Shown one piece after another: positions 7,363-12,984 of a stretch of 12,984 nt of DNA. How positions within the stretch are numbered: position 1 is the first letter of the stretch; every line of letters begins with the position of its first letter. The stretch is from a virus (Duplodnaviria > Heunggongvirae > Uroviricota > Caudoviricetes), in IMG/VR virus record IMGVR_UViG_2859799533_000002; one strand, written 5' to 3'. Made by a program: the position numbers and the translations under genes. The notes beneath the pieces are model-generated. The model searched no databases. It worked only from the letters and a program-made list of their open reading frames with translations, and was not told the DNA's origin.

Positions 7363-8147
7363 GTTGGAGTCATTACCGAAAATCTCAATGTATTCCCGTA
7401 TTACTGAGATGGCTTCATCCCGGTTATTAAAACGATAGTGGCTCAGGCTCTCATTTTTCAGCGTTCCCCAGAAGCTTTCCATCGGAGCGTTGTCGTAACA
7501 GTGACCTTTACGCGACATTGATGTTTTCAGACCAGACTGCTCCTGTATGACCCGGTAATCGTATGCGCAGTACTGTGAACCTCGATCAGAGTGGTGGATT
7601 AGCCCGGCAGGTGGGCGCTGGCTCCTGAGCGCCATAAACAGGGCTTTACCTGTCAGCTCTTTTGTCATGCGCTCTCCCATGGCGTAGCCGACAATTTCGC
7701 ACGTATAAACATCTTTGATGCCAGCGAGGTACAACCATCCCTCCTGTGTGGCAACATACGTCAGGTACGCCACCCAGACCTGATTTGGTGCTGTAGGAGC
7801 GAACGTCTGGTTCAGCAGATTTGGCGCAACTGGCAGATTGTGGTTCGGGTTCGTAGTCGCTCTGAACTTGCGTTTCTGCTTACAGCGTAGCCTTAGCTCC
7901 TTACGAAGACGTGCCAGTCGGTCACGACCAACGATGATGCCATTCTCTGCCAGCTCCGTCTGGAGCCGCCGGGTTCCATATGTTTCGCGAGTGCGGATAT
8001 GTGCCACCTTAATCTCCAGTTTTAGCCGCTCATCACTTTGTTTTCTGTCTGAGGGTTCATGCTGTACCCAGTTGTAATAACCGCTCCTGGATACACCAAA
8101 TACCTGACACATCGCTTCAATGGGAAATTGTTGTCGCCATTGTTCGA

Positions 8148-8450
8148 TTAACGCGTATTTTTCAGCGACTCCTGTGCAAAATACGCTGTTGCTTTTTTTA
8201 ATATATCTCGCTCAAGGCGAGCTTCATTTAACGCCTTACGCAGTTGCAGAATTTCAGATTCCAGTTCAGCCACCGTGCGGGAACCAGGAGTACCGAGCCC
8301 TTTTCTGGCGGCGGTAACCCATTGTCCTAAAGTGCCTTCAGGAAGGGATAATCGGGAAGCGCCTTCACTGATCGAAAGTTGATTTTCAAGAACCGTTCTG
8401 ACAGCTTCGGCTTTGAACTCTTTAGAGTAACGTTGGTTTTTTCTGCTCAT
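8148..8450 (-). CDS. IS600 OrfA (100 aa, helix-turn-helix)
   Basis: MSRKNQRYSKEFKAEAVRTVLENQLSISEGASRLSLPEGTLGQWV...; identical to the OrfA of the second IS600 copy at 12682-12984. Confidence 0.85.
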   Translation of the reverse strand: MSRKNQRYSKEFKAEAVRTVLENQLSISEGASRLSLPEGTLGQWVTAARKGLGTPGSRTVAELESEILQLRKALNEARLERDILKKATAYFAQESLKNTR

Positions 8451-8638
8451 TATTAGCTCCTTCTGATGCCATTCTATTTCAGGAAGGAGTGTCCGTTAAA
8501 CTCAGGCTACCTCATATGTCGGGCGCTCATCCGGTATAAGGGATCGCGTTCTTAATATCAATGAAACCGCTGATGTATGGTCTGGTAATGCTGCCAACTT
8601 ACTGATTTAGTGTATGATGGTGTTTTTGAGGTGCTCCA

Positions 8639-8914
8639 GTGGCTTCTGTTTCTATCAGCTGTCCCTCCTGTTCAGCTACTGACGGGGTGGTGCGTAACGG
8701 CAAAAGCACTGCCGGACATCAGCGCTATCTCTGCTCTCACTGCCGTAAAACATGGCAACTGCAGTTCACTTACACCGCTTCTCAACCCGGTACGCACCAG
8801 AAAATTATTGATATGGCCATGAATGGCGTTGGATGCCGGGCAACTGCACGCATTATGGGCGTTAGCCTCAACACGATTTTACGTCACTTAAAAAACTCAG
8901 GCCGCAGTCGGTAA
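8639..8914 (+). CDS. insA: IS1 InsA (canonical isoform)
   Basis: [40 protein letters not shown]...; identical to InsA at 9836-10111. Confidence 0.9.
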   Translation: MASVSISCPSCSATDGVVRNGKSTAGHQRYLCSHCRKTWQLQFTYTASQPGTHQKIIDMAMNGVGCRATARIMGVSLNTILRHLKNSGRSR

Positions 8915-8940
8915 CCTCGCGCATACAACCGGGCAGTGAT

Positions 8941-9336
8941 GTGATTGTCTGCGCTGAAATGGACGAACAGTGGGGCTACGTCGGTGCTAAATCACGTCAG
9001 CGCTGGCTGTTTTACGCGTATGACAGGATACGGAGGACGGTTGTGGCGCACGTCTTCGGTGAACGCACTCTGGCCACACTGGAGCGTCTTCTGAGCCTGC
9101 TGTCGGCCTTTGAGGTCGTGGTATGGATGACGGATGGCTGGCCGCTGTATGAATCACGCCTGAAGGGAAAGCTGCACGTTATCAGCAAGCGTTACACTCA
9201 GCGCATTGAGCGACATAATCTGAATCTGAGACAACATCTGGCAAGGCTGGGACGGAAGTCACTGTCGTTCTCAAAATCGGTGGAGCTGCATGACAAGGTC
9301 ATCGGGCATTATCTGAACATAAAACACTATCAGTAA
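8941..9336 (+). CDS. insB: IS1 InsB frame (InsAB' by frameshift)
   Basis: InsB homolog; the ORF-track start is downstream of the frameshift site, as expected for an InsAB' fusion. Confidence 0.85.
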   Translation: MIVCAEMDEQWGYVGAKSRQRWLFYAYDRIRRTVVAHVFGERTLATLERLLSLLSAFEVVVWMTDGWPLYESRLKGKLHVISKRYTQRIERHNLNLRQHLARLGRKSLSFSKSVELHDKVIGHYLNIKHYQ

Positions 9337-9835
9337 GTTGGAGTCATTACCGTATGGTCTTATGCTTACGGTAATAATTTGCTAACTCTGTCATCAATAT
9401 ATAACCGAAGAATAATGGTTATCTGCCTGGTGTTTGGTTGCCGACAGCAGGAGGCGAGGCTATCCACCTGGGACGAATGGGATTTAAAAAACTGGGTATG
9501 GACAGTCCCAAAAGAGCACAGCAAAAACAAGGAGGCTATAGTAAGGCCTGTTCCTGACGGAATAAAACAATGGATCGTTAATCTTTACGCAGAAACAAAA
9601 AATCGCGGTTATGTTGTCGGTTGTGCTTTGCAAAGGGCGACAATAACAGGGGCTGCAAACAGAATATGCAGGCGTCTTGGTCATGATACTAATGGCTTGT
9701 GGTGCATACATGATTTCAGGCGCACATTTTCCACTACGCTTAATGATATGGGGGCGGATCCTTATATTGTCGAACTTCTTGGTGATGCTGCCAACTTACT
9801 GATTTAGTGTATGATGGTGTTTTTGAGGTGCTCCA

Positions 9836-10111
9836 GTGGCTTCTGTTTCTATCAGCTGTCCCTCCTGTTCAGCTACTGACGGGGTGGTGCGTAACGGCAA
9901 AAGCACTGCCGGACATCAGCGCTATCTCTGCTCTCACTGCCGTAAAACATGGCAACTGCAGTTCACTTACACCGCTTCTCAACCCGGTACGCACCAGAAA
10001 ATTATTGATATGGCCATGAATGGCGTTGGATGCCGGGCAACTGCACGCATTATGGGCGTTAGCCTCAACACGATTTTACGTCACTTAAAAAACTCAGGCC
10101 GCAGTCGGTAA
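9836..10111 (+). CDS. insA: IS1 InsA
   Basis: 91 aa, canonical InsA sequence. Confidence 0.9.
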   Translation: MASVSISCPSCSATDGVVRNGKSTAGHQRYLCSHCRKTWQLQFTYTASQPGTHQKIIDMAMNGVGCRATARIMGVSLNTILRHLKNSGRSR

Positions 10112-10155
10112 CCTCGCGCATACAGCCGGGCAGTGACGTCATCGTCTGCGCGGAA

Positions 10156-10533
10156 ATGGACGAACAGTGGGGATACGTCGGGGCTAAATCGCGCCAGCGC
10201 TGGCTGTTTTACGCGTATGACAGGCTCCGGAAGACGGTTGTTGCGCACGTATTCGGTGAACGCACTATGGCGACGCTGGGGCGTCTTATGAGCTTGCTGT
10301 CACCCTTTGACGTGGTGATATGGATGACGGATGGCTGGCCACTGTATGAATCCCGCCTGAAGGGAAAGCTGCACGTAATCAGCAAGCGATATACGCAGCG
10401 AATTGAGCGGCATAACCTGAATCTGAGGCAGCACCTGGCACGGCTGGGACGGAAGTCGCTGTCGTTCTCAAAATCGGTGGAGCTGCATGACAAAGTCATC
10501 GGGCATTATCTGAACATAAAACACTATCAATAA
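10156..10533 (+). CDS. insB: IS1 InsB frame (InsAB' by frameshift)
   Basis: Canonical InsB sequence (..[39 protein letters not shown]..). Confidence 0.85.
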   Translation: MDEQWGYVGAKSRQRWLFYAYDRLRKTVVAHVFGERTMATLGRLMSLLSPFDVVIWMTDGWPLYESRLKGKLHVISKRYTQRIERHNLNLRQHLARLGRKSLSFSKSVELHDKVIGHYLNIKHYQ

Positions 10534-10711
10534 GTTGGAGTCATTACCGAACTTCTTTTAGGTCATAAAGTGAAAGGGGTTGCTGGTGTTTACAATAAAA
10601 GCAGGCATATAAAGAAAAAACTTGAGGTGCTTAATATGTGGGTTAATTACCTTAATACGATAGCAGGATTTAACAACAACGTTATCGAGCTTAATAAAGA
10701 GGTGGTGTGAT

Positions 10712-10969
10712 ATGGCAATTTATTCTCTTGTTGATGAAAACGATTTGCGCACAATGAAGGACATTGATCGGTTCATTCGTGAAAAAGAGTGCATAGCACT
10801 TACCACGCTGGCAAACTCAACACGCTGGAAAATGGAGCAGGCAGGTAAATTCCCGCGACGTATCAAGATCGGTGAACGTGCTGCAGGGTATCGACTTTCA
10901 GAGGTTCAGGCATGGATCCGTGGTGAGTGGCATCCTGGATGGAAACCTGGAAAAACAAAACAGCAATAA
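10712..10969 (+). CDS. alpA: AlpA-family phage transcriptional regulator / excisionase-like HTH protein
   Basis: 85 aa; ...LTTLANSTRWKMEQAGKFPRRIKIGERAAGYRLSEVQAWIRG matches the AlpA pattern (short HTH, GKFP, basic, W-R-x-SEV-x-AW); GAGG ribosome-binding site; starts 1 bp after the integrase stop. Confidence 0.8.
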   Translation: MAIYSLVDENDLRTMKDIDRFIREKECIALTTLANSTRWKMEQAGKFPRRIKIGERAAGYRLSEVQAWIRGEWHPGWKPGKTKQQ

Positions 10970-10982
10970 CCAGTAAATAATG

Positions 10983-11005
10983 CCCCTCATCACGAGGGGT
11001 TTTTT
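10983..11005 (+). terminator. Intrinsic terminator after alpA
   Basis: CCCCTC-ATCAC-GAGGGG hairpin followed by TTTTTTGTCT. Confidence 0.6.
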
Positions 11006-11025
11006 GTCTATAAGGTAAAAACGCG

Positions 11026-11604
11026 ATGAATAAAAATATTGCCGTGACGGGCAAGGGGTACGCTCGTCCAGTGAAAAAATTCTGCGATATTCGTGATCTC
11101 GTCGTTCTGCGCTTTGATAGTGTGAACGTTCGTGTGGTGTATCTGAACGGCGATCCGTGGTTTGTTGCAAAAGATGTTTGTGCTGCGCTGGAACTAACCA
11201 ATTCGCGTACGGCGTTGCAGATGCTTGATGATGATGAAAAGGGAGTAAATTTAACTTACACCCCAGGAGGAAATCAGAATATGAGAATTATCTCTGAGTC
11301 AGGTTTCTACAAACTAATAGCCCGCAGCCGCAAAGCAACGACGCCTGGCATATTTGCTCATCGTTTCAGTAACTGGGTATTCAGAAATGTGATACCAGGT
11401 ATCAGAAAAACGGGGACTTATGGTATCCCGTGGGGTGCATTACAGGATTTTTCCCGCCGTAAAGAGCAATATCAAATAAGTGCCAGCGAGAAGGGGAGGG
11501 AGCTACAGGCATGTAAGCGCAAAAAGCGTGAGCAGGAGGAAGAAGAAAAAACGCTGATACGTGAATATCAGCCTGAGTTTTACTTTGGTAACCGCATTCA
11601 GTGA
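11026..11604 (+). CDS. BRO-N domain protein (prophage antirepressor-like)
   Basis: 192 aa; N-terminal ...VVYLNGDPWFVAKDVCAALELTN...DDDEKG...IISESGFYKLIARSRKATTPGIFAHRFSNWVFRNVIPGIRKTGTY matches the BRO-N pattern; charged, Glu-rich C-terminus. Confidence 0.8.
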   Translation: MNKNIAVTGKGYARPVKKFCDIRDLVVLRFDSVNVRVVYLNGDPWFVAKDVCAALELTNSRTALQMLDDDEKGVNLTYTPGGNQNMRIISESGFYKLIARSRKATTPGIFAHRFSNWVFRNVIPGIRKTGTYGIPWGALQDFSRRKEQYQISASEKGRELQACKRKKREQEEEEKTLIREYQPEFYFGNRIQ

Positions 11605-11613
11605 CAAAACAAA

Positions 11614-11634
11614 GGCGACCGCAAAAGGGTCGCC
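11614..11634 (-). terminator. Putative intrinsic terminator for the leftward two-gene operon
   Basis: GGCGACC-GCAAAAG-GGTCGCC hairpin; on the minus strand it is followed by TTTGTTTTGT; 67 bp downstream of the 59-aa ORF stop. Confidence 0.5.
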
Positions 11635-11700
11635 AGTGGGAACAAGGGAAAACAAAAGCATCACCAACAATGCCACATTTGCGGCTGGTGGGCAATGTGA

Positions 11701-11880
11701 TCAGTCAGATTTGGTTCGTTCCAAGGTTTGCAACGAGAGCTTTTTCCTGTGCTCTTTAAGGAATTTCTCAAGAGCAAACGAACAAGGTGCGAATCTTTCT
11801 GATTCATGTTCATGCGCTATATTTTTGCGTCGTCTCTTACGAGTTGGTGATGGTGTTTTGGTTGATTCTGTGTCGCTCAT
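11701..11880 (-). CDS. Hypothetical 59-aa basic protein (not in the supplied ORF track)
   Basis: Hand translation of the reverse complement: MSDTESTKTPSPTRKRRRKNIAHEHESERFAPCSFALEKFLKEHRKKLSLQTLERTKSD*; ATG at 11878-11880, TGA at 11701-11703; AGGA about 9 nt upstream; 57 bp downstream of and co-oriented with the RHH-like gene; followed by the terminator at 11614-11634. Confidence 0.5.
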   Translation of the reverse strand: MSDTESTKTPSPTRKRRRKNIAHEHESERFAPCSFALEKFLKEHRKKLSLQTLERTKSD

Positions 11881-11937
11881 GGTGCTGTCCTGTAAAGCAA
11901 TGCGCCTGCGTTCCTCAAACTATGGCGCTGATATTGG

Positions 11938-12243
11938 CTATTCATGCTCTTTGACCTTGCGTCGCTGGAGTTCTTCACGCGCGACGGTGACGAGTTGCCC
12001 GATCTCCTCGGCTGCTTTGATGCCGATTTGTTCGACCTTAGCCAGGGCATCCAGTGACGACACAAGGGGATTTTCTCCGCTGCCTTCTGCTTGGCGGCGG
12101 GCCATTTCTCCGCGCATGGCGGTTACGATAAATCCGGCATTGCTTTCACCGTCCAGCTTAACGGATTCCATCCCTTGCATAACATCTAGTGGGACTCTGA
12201 CAGTTGTCAGTTGTGATTTTGCGTTTTTGTTAGCCGTTGCCAT
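11938..12243 (-). CDS. Putative ribbon-helix-helix (Arc/CopG-like) DNA-binding protein with C-terminal extension
   Basis: 101 aa; AGGAG ribosome-binding site 8 nt before the ATG; N-terminal TTVRVPLDVMQGMESVKLDGESNAGFIVTAMRGEMARR fits the strand-helix-helix pattern (compare Arc ...NGRSVNSEIYQRVM). Fold assignment is by pattern only. Confidence 0.55.
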   Translation of the reverse strand: MATANKNAKSQLTTVRVPLDVMQGMESVKLDGESNAGFIVTAMRGEMARRQAEGSGENPLVSSLDALAKVEQIGIKAAEEIGQLVTVAREELQRRKVKEHE

Positions 12244-12304
12244 TTCTGAAACTCCTAATCATCGGTGTGTTTCAGTATACACAAAAAAAGAAATACAAAA
12301 AGCC

Positions 12305-12342
12305 TTGACGTGTGTTTCATGCGCTCATAACATGAAACACAC
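12305..12342 (+). promoter_or_regulatory. Rightward sigma70-like promoter overlapped by a perfect 12-bp inverted-repeat operator
   Basis: TTGACG (12305-12310), 17-bp spacer, TAACAT (12328-12333); inverted repeat GTGTGTTTCATG (12310-12321) / CATGAAACACAC (12331-12342) with 9-bp spacer; a further GTGTGTTTCA half-site at 12265-12274; direct repeat GAAATACAAA at 12290-12299 and 12356-12365. Confidence 0.5.
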
Positions 12343-12433
12343 CGAAAGGATTGTTGAAATACAAAGAGCAACGCCCCGCAGTGCTGGGAACACATACGGG
12401 GCGTCTAACCAACAACGTAAACTAGGAGCCGTT

Positions 12434-12625
12434 ATGGTTGCTGTAAATCATATACCACACCTTGTACACACACAAACGGCCTTTGTGTGGCGTTTTCTGG
12501 CACTGAGTGCCGGAGAATCTCAAATCATCCACGTAACCGCCTGGACGGAACGCGAAGCGCGTAGCCGTTGCCCGTCCGGTTGTGTTGCTGTATTCGCTGC
12601 AAAAATCCGCCAGGGAGTGAGGTAG
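12434..12625 (+). CDS. Small rightward ORF of unknown function; native C-terminus replaced by IS600 after codon 61
   Basis: AGGAG 5 nt upstream of the ATG at 12434; MVAVNHIPHLVHTQTAFVWRFLALSAGESQIIHVTAWTEREARSRCPSGCVAVFAAKIRQG then VR* supplied by the IS600 terminus at 12618; it is the only well-initiated part of the otherwise implausible 354-aa ORF-track ORF. Confidence 0.35.
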   Translation: MVAVNHIPHLVHTQTAFVWRFLALSAGESQIIHVTAWTEREARSRCPSGCVAVFAAKIRQGVR

Positions 12626-12984
12626 CCTGAGTTTAACGGACACTCCTTCCTGAAATAGAATGGCATCAGAAGGAGCTAATAATGAGCAGAAAAAACCAAC
12701 GTTACTCTAAAGAGTTCAAAGCCGAAGCTGTCAGAACGGTTCTTGAAAATCAACTTTCGATCAGTGAAGGCGCTTCCCGATTATCCCTTCCTGAAGGCAC
12801 TTTAGGACAATGGGTTACCGCCGCCAGAAAAGGGCTCGGTACTCCTGGTTCCCGCACGGTGGCTGAACTGGAATCTGAAATTCTGCAACTGCGTAAGGCG
12901 TTAAATGAAGCTCGCCTTGAGCGAGATATATTAAAAAAAGCAACAGCGTATTTTGCACAGGAGTCGCTGAAAAATACGCGTTAA
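12618..12984 (+). mobile_element. IS600 second copy, left end (continues beyond the window)
   Basis: TGAGGTAGCCTGAGTTTAACGGACACTCCTTCCTGAAATAGAATGGCATCAGAAGGAGCTAATAATG is the reverse complement of the 8450-8514 terminus of the first copy. Confidence 0.9.
12682..12984 (+). CDS. IS600 OrfA (100 aa)
   Basis: Identical protein to the ORF at 8148-8450; its stop codon is the last triplet of the window. Confidence 0.9.
   Translation: MSRKNQRYSKEFKAEAVRTVLENQLSISEGASRLSLPEGTLGQWVTAARKGLGTPGSRTVAELESEILQLRKALNEARLERDILKKATAYFAQESLKNTR

Larger units (their letters stand above)
6610..7377 (+). mobile_element. IS1, complete 768 bp (variant isoform), nested in IS600
   Basis: GGTAATGCTGCC...GTAAGTTGGAGTCATTACC termini, insA and insB present, flanked by the 8-bp direct repeat GAAAATCT. 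Confidence 0.95.
6518..8112 (-). pseudogene. IS600 orfB transposase split by IS1 (N-terminal 245 codons at 7378-8112, C-terminal 27 codons at 6518-6609)
   Basis: The two pieces join across the 8-bp duplication to give ...SVIREYIEIF/YNRQRRHSRLGNISPAAFREKYHQMAA, a 272-aa reconstructed ORF. The ORF-track tails ...[13 protein letters not shown]... and ...SVSWQHYQ are IS1-derived. Confidence 0.85.
6475..8514 (-). mobile_element. IS600 (IS3 family), complete 1264 bp but interrupted by a nested IS1
   Basis: Terminal repeats TGAGGTGTACTGGCAATAGCGGACAC (6475, plus strand) and TGAGGTAGCCTGAGTTTAACGGACAC (reverse complement ending at 8514); 2040 bp = 1264 + 768 + 8; orfA and orfB on the minus strand; flanking triplets ctg and tat differ. 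Confidence 0.85.
8584..9351 (+). mobile_element. IS1, complete 768 bp, mosaic isoform
   Basis: IS1 termini; flanked by the perfect 9-bp duplication GTATGGTCT (8575-8583 and 9352-9360). Confidence 0.95.
9781..10548 (+). mobile_element. IS1, complete 768 bp, canonical isoform
   Basis: Begins GGTGATGCTGCC, ends ...CAATAAGTTGGAGTCATTACC; flanked by the perfect 9-bp duplication GAACTTCTT (9772-9780 and 10549-10557). Confidence 0.95.
8515..10710 (+). pseudogene. int: Tyrosine integrase, C-terminal catalytic portion only, lacking its N-terminus and split by two IS1 insertions (native segments 8515-8583, 9352-9780, 10558-10710)
   Basis: After removing the IS1 copies and one copy of each duplication, the frame reads continuously: ...GCRQQEARLSTWDEWDLKNWVWTVPKEH...HDFRRTFSTTLNDMGADPYIVELLLGHKVKGVAGVYNKSRH...EVV* (R, H-x-x-R, LLGH and catalytic Y motifs). 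The frame is open from 8515 with no start codon. Family is tentatively P4/CP4-57-like. Confidence 0.8.

Noticed and set aside
7838-8317. Plus-strand ORFs 7838-8077 and 8120-8317
   Set aside because: Antisense to IS600 orfB and orfA.
9484-9711. 75-aa minus-strand ORF
   Set aside because: Antisense to the integrase catalytic-domain fragment; no independent support.
10209-10499. 96-aa minus-strand ORF inside IS1
   Set aside because: Antisense to insB; the corresponding frame in the other IS1 copies is not consistently open.
1336-10548. CRISPR array, considered because of the recurring near-identical blocks
   Set aside because: The repeated units are 768-bp IS1 copies with transposase genes, not short repeats separated by unique spacers.
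10863-11695. Minus-strand ORFs 10863-11201, 10898-11170 and 11402-11695
   Set aside because: Antisense to alpA and the BRO-N gene and crossing the terminator hairpin; junk-like composition.
11877-12065. 62-aa minus-strand ORF
   Set aside because: Overlaps the RHH-like gene in another frame; Ser/Arg-rich.
11561-12625. 354-aa plus-strand ORF from the ORF track
   Set aside because: Ser/Cys/Arg-rich, low-complexity composition typical of an antisense or non-coding frame; it overlaps the better-supported minus-strand RHH-like and 59-aa genes and crosses the promoter region. Only its last 63 codons (12434-12625), which have their own AGGAG-ATG, were kept as a tentative feature.
12422-12643. 73-aa minus-strand ORF
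   Set aside because: Starts inside the IS600 terminus and runs antisense to the small rightward ORF; chimeric and without a ribosome-binding site.

Overview
This window is an IS-saturated junction between two degraded mobile elements, with an insertion-sequence load typical of Shigella or E. coli; roughly 45% of it is IS DNA. Left part (1-6474): a lambdoid prophage remnant with a leftward lambda-family integrase and an Xis-like remnant, then a composite IS1::IS2::IS1 scar, then rightward late-region genes (an N-terminally truncated N6-adenine DNA methyltransferase, three tRNAs with anticodons CAU, UCG and UCU, and a NanS-p-like SGNH esterase). This is the Stx-phage-like tRNA/nanS-p arrangement but with no toxin genes. 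Middle (6475-10548): an IS600 copy carrying a nested IS1, then a second tyrosine integrase lacking its N-terminus and split by two more IS1 copies. Right part (10549-12617): the integrase 3' end, an AlpA-like regulator, a BRO-N antirepressor-like protein, and a leftward two-gene operon (a ribbon-helix-helix-like protein plus a 59-aa basic protein absent from the ORF track) facing a promoter overlapped by a perfect 12-bp inverted repeat; the rightward small ORF it would drive is cut by a second IS600 copy that runs to the window end. The best candidate for an undescribed system is this RHH/small-protein/operator module with the adjacent BRO-N and AlpA genes; its function cannot be assigned from sequence alone. 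All calls rest on reading the sequence and recalled family knowledge; no searches were run.
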